Below are positions 8,623-18,087 of a stretch of 64,000 nucleotides of DNA, piece after piece. A program made the translations under genes and the position numbers. The notes below the pieces were generated by a model that was not told the DNA's origin, did not search any database, and saw only the letters and a program-made list of their open reading frames with translations. The stretch spans positions 1 to 64,000 of the forward strand of contig JAYZQJ010000149.1 of the NCBI GenBank assembly GCA_036149055.1, given 5' to 3'. Within the stretch, counting starts at the first letter, position 1. The number at the start of each line of letters is the position of its first letter. The DNA comes from Myxococcota bacterium. GTDB lineage: Bacteria > Myxococcota_A > Polyangia > Polyangiales > Sandaracinaceae.

Positions 8623-9591
8623 ATGCAGACTGCGAGGTCCCAGATGTCACCTGGATACACACTGATTGCAACCTATCTAGTCATCTGCGCGTGTTCCTCC
8701 CCTCCGGTTCGCGTGATCGAGGACACGGGGCCGGCGCCGGAGGGGCCCGAGGCCCCCGGGTACGAGAGGCCCGCGGTTGCGCTGGGCGTCGGGGACTTCG
8801 TGTCGGACGTGGCGCGAGCCGACGGGGATCGGGCGTTCTGGCCTACCGGCGTGGTCGCGTTGAGCGTCGCGCTCTCGAGCCTGGACACGGCACCCGCGGG
8901 GGATCCACCGGTCCCGGGAGCCCTCGCGCCCGGGCCGGCGGCGGAGGCCGTGTTCGACGGAATGGCTCTCCTCCGCGTGCGAGACGGCGCGCGGGTCTCC
9001 ACCCGCGGCGCGACGGGGTTGGTCGACCTCTCGGGCCGAGAGGTGGTCGACGACGGGGTGTTCCCCTTCCGCTACAGCCTCGTGCCCGAGGAGGCGCTGG
9101 AGGAGGGGTGGTATGTCTTCGCGGTCGACCTGAGGGAGGTCGAGGCGCTGCTGGGTAACGCAGCGATCCGCCACCCCACCGTGTCGTCCTCGGGTACCGT
9201 GGTCTTCGCCCGCGTCTACTGGGGCGCTCGACCGATGTGGGTGCGTGGGAGCGTGGATTGCTCCAGCTCCCCGGGGACGTGTGGGGTGTCGGCCACCCTC
9301 TCGCAGGCGTCCGAGGCGCTGGAGGGGACCCTGACGGTCGCCTACGACGGCCGCGCCGTGGACTGCGCGTCGCCCCGCGCCACTCCGTACGGTCTCACGC
9401 TCGACTGCCCGGCGGCACCGGACGGGACGGTGGTGGAGATCGACATGGTGAGCGACGTCGCCGTGTCGCCGCTCGGCGCGCGCCTGACGTCGGGAGACGA
9501 CGTCGCGGTCGTCGTTACGCTCTCCGGCCAGAGCGCCGCGGGGCTCGTCGCGCCCGAGCTGGGGCTGAGCCTCCTCCCGACGGGGGAGTGA
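8623..9591 (+). CDS. Hypothetical lipoprotein, beta-rich (Ig-like?)
   Basis: Lipobox-like VICAC; alternative ATG at 8644. Confidence 0.65.
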   Translation: MQTARSQMSPGYTLIATYLVICACSSPPVRVIEDTGPAPEGPEAPGYERPAVALGVGDFVSDVARADGDRAFWPTGVVALSVALSSLDTAPAGDPPVPGALAPGPAAEAVFDGMALLRVRDGARVSTRGATGLVDLSGREVVDDGVFPFRYSLVPEEALEEGWYVFAVDLREVEALLGNAAIRHPTVSSSGTVVFARVYWGARPMWVRGSVDCSSSPGTCGVSATLSQASEALEGTLTVAYDGRAVDCASPRATPYGLTLDCPAAPDGTVVEIDMVSDVAVSPLGARLTSGDDVAVVVTLSGQSAAGLVAPELGLSLLPTGE

Positions 9592-9727
9592 GCCACCGGC
9601 CGCGGCTGCCCCCCCGCGGGCCTCGGGGTTGGGCTGTCGAGACGTGACGCGTCCGTCCGCAGCCGCGACGCGCGGGCATCGTCTCGCGGCGGAAGCGCGC
9701 GGTGTCGTGGGCCGCGGCGACGGCGAG

Positions 9728-10672
9728 CTACCAGCCGGGGTCGTCGGCGTAGACGCGGACATCGTCGACGTAGAAGACGGTCGTCTCGGTGAACCCGCTA
9801 TTCGCCCACCCCATCAGCTCGAAGCAGTTGATCGGCGTGGCGAAGTCGAATCCCGCGAGCGGCACCCCATGGTTCTCCGCCATCAGCACACCGTCCTTGT
9901 AGAGGGCGACCTCGCCATCCCGGGCTTCGATGGACTCGGCGAGCCGCACGTGGAAGCCGTAGCGGACCCAGCGGCCGCGGTCCTCTTCGCGAATCACCCC
10001 GGACGGAGCGGAGTGCTCGAGGTCGAATCTCGACGAGACACCGGTTTGCTCGTTGCCGTAGACGATCCGCCCCCTCGACAGGGCTCCCTCGGCGTCATCG
10101 GGATTGATCTCCATTCGCGTCGTCCACCCGCCGGGCTCCTGCCAAGAACCGTGGAGCTTGTTGTCGTAGCCGACGATCACGAACTTGTTGTTGTCGGCTC
10201 CATCGCCGTCGCGATGGTCGTAGTTCTCCGGGACGAAGAGGTACCACTCGAGCCAGATCTCCGCGGCGTCGTTCCCAGCGAAGCTCGCCCGGACCTCCGA
10301 GAACGAATCGACCCCGAGATCCTCGTTGCCGGGATATTCGAAGCGAAGCGCGTAGGTGCCGGTCCGCGCGCGCTCGTCGCTGACGCTTCTGCGAACGCCG
10401 CCGTACCAGCGGCCGCCCTCGGCCCCCTCGAGATCCCCGGACTCGAACCCGTCCTGGAAGATGGGGCTCACCGAGGGAGCTCCGGCATCGACGGGTCCGG
10501 GGCCCCCGTCGTCTTCCTCCGTGACGCGGCCGGCGTCGATGCCGACGGAAGAGTCGAACGAGCCGCCATCGACGGCCGCATCGGGCGCCGAGGCCGCGTC
10601 CGTCGCGACCTCGGCGGGCGACTCACAGGCTGCGCACAGGAGGATGAGGAGGACCGAGACGAGGGCACGCAT
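9728..10672 (-). CDS. Lipoprotein with polysaccharide-lyase/ConA-like beta-jelly-roll domain
   Basis: Lipobox LCAAC; motifs IFQDGFESG, EIWLEWY, NNKF, GRWVRY, DGEVALYKDG, FYVDDVRV. Confidence 0.65.
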   Translation of the reverse strand: MRALVSVLLILLCAACESPAEVATDAASAPDAAVDGGSFDSSVGIDAGRVTEEDDGGPGPVDAGAPSVSPIFQDGFESGDLEGAEGGRWYGGVRRSVSDERARTGTYALRFEYPGNEDLGVDSFSEVRASFAGNDAAEIWLEWYLFVPENYDHRDGDGADNNKFVIVGYDNKLHGSWQEPGGWTTRMEINPDDAEGALSRGRIVYGNEQTGVSSRFDLEHSAPSGVIREEDRGRWVRYGFHVRLAESIEARDGEVALYKDGVLMAENHGVPLAGFDFATPINCFELMGWANSGFTETTVFYVDDVRVYADDPGW

Positions 10673-10795
10673 GGCCGGAGCGTGTCGAGCGCCGCCGGCG
10701 TCGGCCACTGATCTCTCCTAATCCGGCCATCCGAGGAGCGTCCACGCACGGCACCAAGACGTCGCCTCTCGGGACGAACGACGTAGCCGCCCGGC

Positions 10796-11830
10796 TCAGC
10801 CGAGGCGCTTCTCGAGGTCGGCGACGTCTTCGGCGCTGCCGACGAAGAAGGGGACGCGGGCGTGCAGGCTGTCGGGCTCGACCTCGAGGACGCGCTGGGT
10901 GCCGGTGGAGGCGGCGCCGCCGGCGGCCTCGGCGATGAACGCCATGGGGGCGCACTCGTAGAGGAGGCGGAGCTTGCCGTTCGGGTTCTTCACGTCGCCG
11001 GGGTAGGCGAAGATGCCGCCCTTGAGCAGGGTGCGGTGGAAGTCCGCGACGAGGGTGCCGATGTAGCGCTGGCCGTAGGGCTTGCCGCCGGGCGCGTCCT
11101 CGCTCTTGAGCCAGGAGACCCACTCGCGCAGCGCCGGGGACCACTTGATGGAGTTGCCCTCGTTCACCGAGTAGGTGCCGCCGCGCTTCGGGATGCGGAT
11201 GTTCTCGTGGCTGAGGAAGAACTCACCGACGAGCGGGTCGAGGGTGAAGCCGTGCACGCCGTCGCCGGTCGTGTAGACGAGCATCGTGCTCGAGCCGTAG
11301 AGGATGTAGCCGGCCGCGACCTGCTCGGTGCCCTTCTGCATGCAGTCGGCCGCGGTGCCCGGGCCGTTGCCGTCGGTGACGCGGCGGTGGATGGAGAAGA
11401 TGGTGCCGATCGACATGCACACGTCGATGTTCGAGCTGCCGTCGAGCGGGTCGAACATGAGCACGTACTTGCCCTTGGGGAACTCGGGCGGGATCGGGAT
11501 GATGTCCTCGTTCTCCTCCGAGGCCATGACGCAGACGTGGCCGCCCGCCTCGACGCAGCGGACGAGGATCTGGTTGGCGATCACGTCGAGCTTCTGCACG
11601 ACCTCGCCCTGCACGTTCTTGCCGCCGCCGGCGCGCCCGAGCACGTCGCTCAGCCCGGCCTTGTGCACGCGCGAGGCGATCATGCGGCCGGCGAGCGCGA
11701 TGGACTGGAAGAGGCCGGTGAAGTCGCCGGTGGCGCCAGGCGTCTTGCGCTGACGCTCGAGGATGTGGCGGTCGAGGGTCCAGCCGAGCTGGTCGGGGTT
11801 GGGCGGGCCCCACGAGTGCATCGGTTCCAT
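10796..11830 (-). CDS. fbp: Class 1 fructose-1,6-bisphosphatase
   Basis: VQKLDV, ASEE, FDPLDGSSNID, RYIGTLVADFHRTLLKGGIF, GKLRLLYE. Confidence 0.97.
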   Translation of the reverse strand: MEPMHSWGPPNPDQLGWTLDRHILERQRKTPGATGDFTGLFQSIALAGRMIASRVHKAGLSDVLGRAGGGKNVQGEVVQKLDVIANQILVRCVEAGGHVCVMASEENEDIIPIPPEFPKGKYVLMFDPLDGSSNIDVCMSIGTIFSIHRRVTDGNGPGTAADCMQKGTEQVAAGYILYGSSTMLVYTTGDGVHGFTLDPLVGEFFLSHENIRIPKRGGTYSVNEGNSIKWSPALREWVSWLKSEDAPGGKPYGQRYIGTLVADFHRTLLKGGIFAYPGDVKNPNGKLRLLYECAPMAFIAEAAGGAASTGTQRVLEVEPDSLHARVPFFVGSAEDVADLEKRLG

Positions 11831-11858
11831 GAAGGTCTCCGGGGGGAAGAAGGAAGGC

Positions 11859-12347
11859 TCAGGCGCGCCGCTTCTTCTTGGCGCCGCGCGAAGAAGAGAC
11901 GGTCGCCTCTTCCGTAGCCGCGTCGGCAAGCTCCACACGCGCCTTGGGGCCCGAAGACTTCCCCTCGTCGCCGCTGTTGTCCAGCTCCACCAGCGCGCCG
12001 TACACGCCGGCGATGGCGGGCGCGAAGAGCGCCGGCAGCGCGCCGACCGCGTGCGTCCCGGCGAGGCCCGGGTACGGCACCTCGAACGGGATGTAGGTGA
12101 GGCCCCAGTAGGCGAGCGCGCCGAGGCAGACGCCGACCATGCCCTTGAGGCTGGCCTCGATCCACGCGCCCTCCGCCCACGGCGGCTTGCCCGCGAAGAC
12201 CCCGGCGGTGCCGGCGGCGCCCATCGCGACGAGGAAGCCGAGGAGCCCGAGGGCCGTCGTCCAGCCGAGCCCGTACTGCAGCCCGGCCCCGATCAGGCCT
12301 CCGATGATCAACCCTTTGAGTAGCCCGAGCCCGAGCCGCTTGCCCAT
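11859..12347 (-). CDS. Hypothetical membrane protein (about 4 TM)
   Basis: Hydrophobic helices; TAAGGT -10 element 7 nt before the ATG. Confidence 0.75.
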   Translation of the reverse strand: MGKRLGLGLLKGLIIGGLIGAGLQYGLGWTTALGLLGFLVAMGAAGTAGVFAGKPPWAEGAWIEASLKGMVGVCLGALAYWGLTYIPFEVPYPGLAGTHAVGALPALFAPAIAGVYGALVELDNSGDEGKSSGPKARVELADAATEEATVSSSRGAKKKRRA

Positions 12348-12389
12348 GCCCTCGACCTTAACGCGGATGGCCGGCCCGGGCACGCCGGA

Positions 12390-13511
12390 TCACGGCGAGA
12401 GTGCGAGCCCGGCGAGGAGGGCGAGCCTCGGGCCGAGCTGCGCGGTGACCCGGCGGTCGTCGGCCATCGCGTCGACGCCGGCCAGCGCCGCCCCGAGCTC
12501 GGCGCCGGCGAGCAGCCAGACGCCGCCGCCGAGGCCGATCCGGGCCCGCGCCTCGAGGCCGAGCGCGACGTGCGCCGCGTCGAGGCCGCCGCCGCTCGCG
12601 CCGCCCCGCGGGAGGCCCTCGGCGTGCACCCAGCCGGCCTCGAGCCGCGGGCCGAGCTCGAAGGCGAAGCCCCGCTCGAGGTGACCGAGCCGCACCGCGA
12701 TCGCGCCCCCCGCGCCCCCGAGGGCGACGTCGCCGAGCGCGTCGGCCGCCCAGCCGCCCGCGCCGACCGCCTCGAGGCCGAGCCGCAGCGGGCCGAGCGG
12801 GAGCGAGACGCCGGCCCTCAGCTCGGCGGCGGCGTTGCCGGCGGCCGGGTAGCCGCTGACCGCGAGCGCGAGGTCCACGAAGACGTCCGGCGGCGGCGGC
12901 GCGGGCGGCGGCGGCTCGGGGCGCGCGGCGGCGGCCGCGGCGTCGACCCGCTCGCGCACCTCGGCCAGCAGATCGGCGCGCAGCGCCTCGACGTCCACCG
13001 TGGGCGGCGGCGGAGGAGGAGGAGGCGGCTCGGTCGCGAGCGCCGGCCAGCGCGCCCGCACCAGCTCGCTCAGCCCGAGGGCGAGCACCCGGATGCGATC
13101 GTCCGTCGGCAGCGCGACGTCCTCCGTCGCCGCGCGCCCGCTCGCGACGTGCACCAGCGTGGCGTGCACCGTCGTCGCGCCCGGGTCGCAGGGCAGGTCG
13201 AGCACGAGCCGCGCGTCCGCCGCCGCCGCGCCCGCCAGGTCGCTCCCCATCGACCGCAGCTCCACCCGCAGCGCCGCCTCCAGCGCAGCCCACGGCATCG
13301 CCTCTTCGCACCCCGGATGCAGCACCCGAACCCGCGTCGGCACCTCCTGCCCGAGCGCAGAGGCGGGGAGAAGAATCACGAAAGCGAGAACGAGAACGCT
13401 CCACCCACCCCGCCGTGCCCGTGCCCCTGCCCGTGCCCCTGCCCGCGAAAGCAGACGCGAGGGATTCTGCTCGCGTGCGGGCGAACGAGAGACTGGGGAG
13501 AGGCGCGGCAC
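12390..13511 (-). CDS. Secreted protein: N-terminal domain, Pro-rich linker, C-terminal beta-barrel-like region (module 1); start uncertain because it overlaps an inverted-repeat element
   Basis: Signal-like VLVLAFVILLPASALG; alternating hydrophobic beta-strand pattern in the C-terminal half; directly downstream of the FecR gene. Confidence 0.65.
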   Translation of the reverse strand: MPRLSPVSRSPAREQNPSRLLSRAGARAGARARRGGWSVLVLAFVILLPASALGQEVPTRVRVLHPGCEEAMPWAALEAALRVELRSMGSDLAGAAAADARLVLDLPCDPGATTVHATLVHVASGRAATEDVALPTDDRIRVLALGLSELVRARWPALATEPPPPPPPPPTVDVEALRADLLAEVRERVDAAAAAARPEPPPPAPPPPDVFVDLALAVSGYPAAGNAAAELRAGVSLPLGPLRLGLEAVGAGGWAADALGDVALGGAGGAIAVRLGHLERGFAFELGPRLEAGWVHAEGLPRGGASGGGLDAAHVALGLEARARIGLGGGVWLLAGAELGAALAGVDAMADDRRVTAQLGPRLALLAGLALSP

Positions 13512-13581
13512 GATGAACTTCGGAGGCTCGGGCACGGGCACGGGCACGGGCAAGGGCACGGGCGGGTGGACGGGAGTGTTC
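13394..13581. repeat. Inverted-repeat element with (GTGCCC)n / (GGGCAC)n hexamer arms
   Basis: Left arm about 13394-13445, right arm about 13527-13581; imperfect IR of about 55 bp. Confidence 0.8.
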
Positions 13582-14728
13582 AGGGGCCGGCGAGGAAGGA
13601 ACGGATCCGAGCCGTGTAGCGGCCCTCGGGGTGAGCCCGGAGATACGCCTCGGCGAGCTGACGCGCACGCTCGAGCTCGCCGGCGCGGCGGTGGGCCTCC
13701 ACGCGGCGGGCGAGGAGCGACTCGCGCAGCTCCTCGGGCACGCCGAGCGCGTCGGCCTGGGCGAGGGTACGGGCGGCGCCGGTCGGGTCGTCGAGCGCGT
13801 CGAGCTGCAGGCGACCGAGGGTGAGCGCGGCGACCGCGGAGCGGTGCTCGTCGACCAGCCGGCGCAGCGGGGTGACCGCGTGGCGAGGGTGCCCGCCGAG
13901 GCGCGCGGTGTCGGCGAGCGCGAAGAGCTCGTCCTCGCTCGCGCTCGCCCGGGACGCCGCGCCGTGGGCCGCCTCGCCGAGCGCGGCGAAGGCGTCGCGG
14001 TAGCGGCCCCGGTCGGCGAGCGCGCGCCAGGCCGCGGCCTCGCGGGCCGGTCGGGAGGCGGCGGGGGGAGGCGCTTCCTCCACCGGCGCCTGAACCGGCA
14101 CCGGAGCTGGCAGCTGCACCGGCGCGGCGGCCACCGGCTCGGGCGCGCCGACCTCGACGTGCTCGCCGGGCGCCAGGTGGCGCTCGCCGATCTCGTCGCC
14201 GCGCACCACCACGTGCCCGCGCTCCAGCTCGACCCGGACCCGCGCGCCGCGGCGCACGATCGAGAAGCGCGTGCCCACGACCTCCACCTCGAGCGCGCCG
14301 GCCCGGACGAGCCACCGCCGCGGCCCGCCGGGGCGCACGTGATAGACCGCGCGGCCGTCGGACTGGGTCAGCTCGAGGCGCTCGCCATCGTTGACCAGCG
14401 CCTCGATCGCGGTGCCCTCGTCGAGCCAGATGGTGCTGCCGTCGGCGAGCGGCACCGCGGTGACCGCGTCCCCCTCGCCGCGGGCGGTGGCGAGCGCGAC
14501 TCCGCCCGGGCCGTCGAGCGGCCCCGCGCCCCGGAGCTCGGCCCAGGCGAAGACCCCGCCGGCGGCGAGCAGCACCAGCGCGGCGGCGGCGAGCGGCGCG
14601 CGCGCCCAGCCCGAGCGCGGCGGCAGGCGGCGGCTCGCGTGCACGCGGCGGCGCACCCGCTCGAGGCTCTCGTGGTCGACGGGATCGTCGAGCAGCTCGC
14701 GGAGCGGCCCCTTCAGCTCGGTGCTCAT
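13580..14728 (-). CDS. FecR-domain anti-sigma factor with C-terminal TPR region
   Basis: TM helix; FecR motifs LADGSTIWL, VEVVGTRFSI, VELERGHVVV; TPR-like end AEAYLRAHPEGRY; ATGA overlap with the sigma gene. Confidence 0.88.
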   Translation of the reverse strand: MSTELKGPLRELLDDPVDHESLERVRRRVHASRRLPPRSGWARAPLAAAALVLLAAGGVFAWAELRGAGPLDGPGGVALATARGEGDAVTAVPLADGSTIWLDEGTAIEALVNDGERLELTQSDGRAVYHVRPGGPRRWLVRAGALEVEVVGTRFSIVRRGARVRVELERGHVVVRGDEIGERHLAPGEHVEVGAPEPVAAAPVQLPAPVPVQAPVEEAPPPAASRPAREAAAWRALADRGRYRDAFAALGEAAHGAASRASASEDELFALADTARLGGHPRHAVTPLRRLVDEHRSAVAALTLGRLQLDALDDPTGAARTLAQADALGVPEELRESLLARRVEAHRRAGELERARQLAEAYLRAHPEGRYTARIRSFLAGP

Positions 14729-15321
14729 CGCCCCTCCTCCAGGGACACGTTGATCACCGCGTCCATCTTCTTCTGCGCCGCGGCGATGCGCCGCTTGGCG
14801 GTCGCGAGCGAGCAGCCCGCGAGCTCGGCCACGTCCTCGAGCCGGTGCCCCTCGACGACCCGCAGCATCCACGCGATGCGCTGGTCGGCGGGCAGGCGCC
14901 GCAGGATTCCGTCCACCACCGCCAGCTCCGCCCGGACCTCGGGCGGGACCGCCTTGCCGGCGAGCTGCTCGAGCGCGCCGTCGTCCTCGTGCGGCAGCAG
15001 CCCGAGGGTGCGGGCGAGGCGCCGGCGCCGGATCACGCGCCGCACCTGGGTGATCGCGATGCGGCCGAGCCAGCCCCGGAACGCGTCGGGCTCGCGGAGC
15101 CGGTCGAGCTTGGAGAAGGCGTGCACGAACGCGTCGTGCACCACGTCCTCGACGTCCTGCCGGCTCCCGAGCAGCCGGGTGACGAGCCCCGCGATCGGCC
15201 GCGCGTGCCGCCGATAGAGCGCGTCCTCCGCCCAGCGATCTCCGTCGAGCGCGCGGCGCACCAGATCCCCGTCCGCGATGGACGGCGTGACCCGGGGCTC
15301 GGCGGTGCGGAAGGCGCGCAC
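14725..15321 (-). CDS. ECF sigma-70 factor (module 1)
   Basis: Region 2 DVEDVVHDAF...FRGWLGRIA; region 4 LEDVAELAGCSLATAKRRI. Confidence 0.93.
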   Translation of the reverse strand: MRAFRTAEPRVTPSIADGDLVRRALDGDRWAEDALYRRHARPIAGLVTRLLGSRQDVEDVVHDAFVHAFSKLDRLREPDAFRGWLGRIAITQVRRVIRRRRLARTLGLLPHEDDGALEQLAGKAVPPEVRAELAVVDGILRRLPADQRIAWMLRVVEGHRLEDVAELAGCSLATAKRRIAAAQKKMDAVINVSLEEGR

Positions 15322-15408
15322 GGCGATACGGTTCCACGAGCGGCCCGAAACGGCTCAGATCATTTTGGCTGAGCCATTCTCCCTGGCTCGGGGAACCGAC
15401 CCGGCATG
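15319..15408. promoter_or_regulatory. Back-to-back ECF-type promoters CTGAGCC-N10-GCTCGnGGAACCG-N7-start
   Basis: Minus: CTGAGCCgtttcgggccGCTCGtGGAACCGtatcgccGTG; plus: CTGAGCCattctccctgGCTCGgGGAACCGacccggcATG; identical spacing. Confidence 0.8.
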
Positions 15409-16764
15409 AGACATCTTCACGTTGGCTTCCTCATCCTCCTCCTCTCGGCCTGCGGCACGCGGGGGCAGGTGCTCACCAGCCCGGACGGCGGCGGCGACGA
15501 CGCCGGGACCTCCGACAGCGGGGTCGTGTGGCGCAGCTGCGAGACGCTCACCGCCGCCAACGACGGCGAGGCGTGCGCGGGCGACTTCTACTGCTCGGGC
15601 CTCTGCCCCTGCGGCGGCGAGGAGATCCGCTGCGTCGACGGCCGGGTGGAGGTCACCGGCGACTGCGACGCGACGTGCCCCGAGCCCGATCACTGCGCGG
15701 CGCCCGACGTGGCGTTCGACGTGTGCGGCGGTTGCTTCGCCACGCCGGCGGGCTTCTACTGGGACGGCGCCGGCTGCGTGAGCGCGGGGCAGGATTCCTG
15801 CGAGTGCGTGGGCGAGGGCTGCGAGGGGCTGCGGCTCTACGGCACGCCCGCCGAGTGCGAGGCGGCGCACGGCGACTGTCACGCCGCGCGCTGCGAGGCC
15901 ACCGGGGGCGAGTGGGACGACATGACCGGCGCGGCGGTCGGGCGCTGCGGGCACGCGGCCGGCGGCGACGGAGGAGGCCCGAGCTGCGACTGCGGGCCGG
16001 GGCGGAGCTTCGACCCCGTGATGGGCTGCTTCGACGACGCGAGCTGCGGGGTGGGCGATCTCTGCCTCGCGACCGGCGGCGTCCCGGTGGTGTGCGACTC
16101 GAGCCCGCAGTGCGGAGAGCACCCGGCGCTGTGCTCGCTCGCGGAGGTGCCGCCGAGCGAGGCCAACGCGTGCGACTGCGGACCCCGCGGCGGCTTCGAT
16201 CCGGAGATGGGCTGCGTGCAGCCGATGTGCGAGCTGGACACCGCGGAGGCGCTCTGCCTCTGGAGCGGCGGCACCTTCGACGCGCCGTGCGAGCCGACCA
16301 CCTGCGGGCGGGAGTCCGGCGCGCTCTGCGCGGCGAGGGCGTGCCGGTGCGGCGAGCTCGAGGTGTTCGGGCCGTTCGGCTGCGAGCGGGCGCTCGAGTG
16401 CCAGGAGCGCTTCGAGGGCGAGGCGTGCGGCGTGGACGCGGAGACCGGCCGCTTCACCTTCTGCGGCGAGGGCTCGGCCTGCTGCGGCGGGACCTGCGTG
16501 GACGACTGCCGGGACGCCTGCGACCCGGCGTGCGACGGCGCCACCGGCTGCCTGCTGCCGACCTTCGCGTGCGGCAGCGAGGAGTGCGTGAGCGGCCGCG
16601 AGTACTGTCAGGAGACCATCCCGGGGGTCCCGGGCCCGAGCGTCTACGAGTGCCGTCCCTTCCCCGAGGGCTGCGCCACCAACGACTGCGCCTGCTTCTC
16701 CGGGCCGGAGTGTGACTGCCGGGAGAGCGGCGGCGACGTGACCCGGATCTGCGCGCTGCCGTGA
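15406..16764 (+). CDS. Cys-rich lipoprotein (includes a Kunitz-like segment)
   Basis: Lipobox LSAC; dense Cys; GFYWDGAGC...LYGTPAEC resembles BPTI/Kunitz spacing. Confidence 0.85.
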   Translation: MRHLHVGFLILLLSACGTRGQVLTSPDGGGDDAGTSDSGVVWRSCETLTAANDGEACAGDFYCSGLCPCGGEEIRCVDGRVEVTGDCDATCPEPDHCAAPDVAFDVCGGCFATPAGFYWDGAGCVSAGQDSCECVGEGCEGLRLYGTPAECEAAHGDCHAARCEATGGEWDDMTGAAVGRCGHAAGGDGGGPSCDCGPGRSFDPVMGCFDDASCGVGDLCLATGGVPVVCDSSPQCGEHPALCSLAEVPPSEANACDCGPRGGFDPEMGCVQPMCELDTAEALCLWSGGTFDAPCEPTTCGRESGALCAARACRCGELEVFGPFGCERALECQERFEGEACGVDAETGRFTFCGEGSACCGGTCVDDCRDACDPACDGATGCLLPTFACGSEECVSGREYCQETIPGVPGPSVYECRPFPEGCATNDCACFSGPECDCRESGGDVTRICALP

Positions 16765-16801
16765 AGTTGACCGAGGCCACGGCTCGGCGCAGGGTCGAGC
16801 C

Positions 16802-17770
16802 GTGGCGAAGCCCGGCAAGAAGAAGCTCATGCTCGCGCTCAAGGCGGCGGTGAGCCTCGGGCTGCTCGCCTGGCTCGGCGCCCGGATGCTGGAGCGCGAC
16901 GGAGTGGAGGCGCTCGGCGCCCGGCTCGGCGGGCTCGACGCCGGCTGGCTGACGCTCGCGGTGGGGCTGCACTTCGCGGCCGTCGTCGCGGGCGTCGCGC
17001 GCTGGCGGCTGCTGCTCCGGGCGGCGCGCATCTCGATGGGCTTCGGCTTCCTGCTGCGCTCGTTCCTGGTCGGCCGCTTCGTCGGCGCCTTCACCCCCTC
17101 CACCACCGGCCTCGACGGCTGGCGGCTCTTCGAGGTGGGGCGCGCCAGCGGCGCGATGGGCCGGAGCGCGGCGGCGATCGCGGCGGAGAAGCTGGTCGGG
17201 CTCGTCGGCATGGCGCTGGTCTGCGCCGCGCTCGTCCCCTTCGGGGGCCTGCGCCTGATGGGCGACGACGCGCTCTGGCTCGCCGCGCTGCTCGGAGGCG
17301 GCGCCGCGCTCGGGCTGTGGGCGATGCGCGCCCCGGCGTGGGTGAGCGCCCTCGCGGCGCGGCTGCCGGGAGGCGTCCGCGCGAAGGTGGAGTCCGGGCT
17401 GACGGCGCTGCGGGAGAGCCGGCTGACGCTCGGCCAGTCCTTCCGGGCGGTGGGGCTCGGGGTCGCCTCGCACCTCGCCCTCTCGGCGGTCTTCTTCGCC
17501 ACCGCGCGCGCGGTCGGGGTCGACGTGGACGCCTCGATCCTCCTGGTCGTCGGCAACGCGATCGTGATCGCGGTGCTGCTGCCCCTGTCGATCGGCGGCG
17601 TGGGCGTGCGCGAGGGCGTCGCGGTCGTGCTCCTCGCCGGCGCGGGCGTCGGCGCCACCGACGCGGTGCTCGTCGCCCTCCTCGGCTACCTCACCGGCCA
17701 GCTCCCCGCGCTCCTCGGAGGCGCCTTCATGGCCACCTCCCGCGCCGAGACCACCCCTTCGGCCGCCTGA
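16802..17770 (+). CDS. Lysylphosphatidylglycerol synthase TM domain / UPF0104 flippase-like protein
   Basis: RWRLLL, GRFVGAFTP...GLDGWR, LPLSIGGVGVREG. Confidence 0.88.
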   Translation: MAKPGKKKLMLALKAAVSLGLLAWLGARMLERDGVEALGARLGGLDAGWLTLAVGLHFAAVVAGVARWRLLLRAARISMGFGFLLRSFLVGRFVGAFTPSTTGLDGWRLFEVGRASGAMGRSAAAIAAEKLVGLVGMALVCAALVPFGGLRLMGDDALWLAALLGGGAALGLWAMRAPAWVSALAARLPGGVRAKVESGLTALRESRLTLGQSFRAVGLGVASHLALSAVFFATARAVGVDVDASILLVVGNAIVIAVLLPLSIGGVGVREGVAVVLLAGAGVGATDAVLVALLGYLTGQLPALLGGAFMATSRAETTPSAA

Positions 17771-17808
17771 CCCCGCTCGCCACACTCGGACGAGCCCTCG
17801 GGCGCGAC

Positions 17809-17972
17809 AGATGAGGGAGAGGGGAGGAAGGAGGCGAGGAGGAATCAGCTCGCCTGCCCAGCCGGCGGGTCGGGCCGCCACGCCGCGGCGAGTCACCATC
17901 CCGCCGCCGGCCACCCCCCGTGTCGCGCAGCGACACTTCCTCCTCGCCTCCAACCTCCCACCTCCCTCGTCT
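17809..17972. repeat. Intergenic inverted-repeat element with 36-bp purine-rich arms
   Basis: 17809-17844 versus the reverse complement of 17937-17972: 31 of 36 identical. Confidence 0.8.
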
Positions 17973-18087
17973 CCGCGGTCCCACGATCCGTAGTCGATCA
18001 GCCTTTTTGGGGCGGAGCGGCGCGTCTTCGTCGGAGCGAGGGAGGTTTTTCGGCGAATGACGAGGGGGAGGCGTCGTCGCACTCTGC

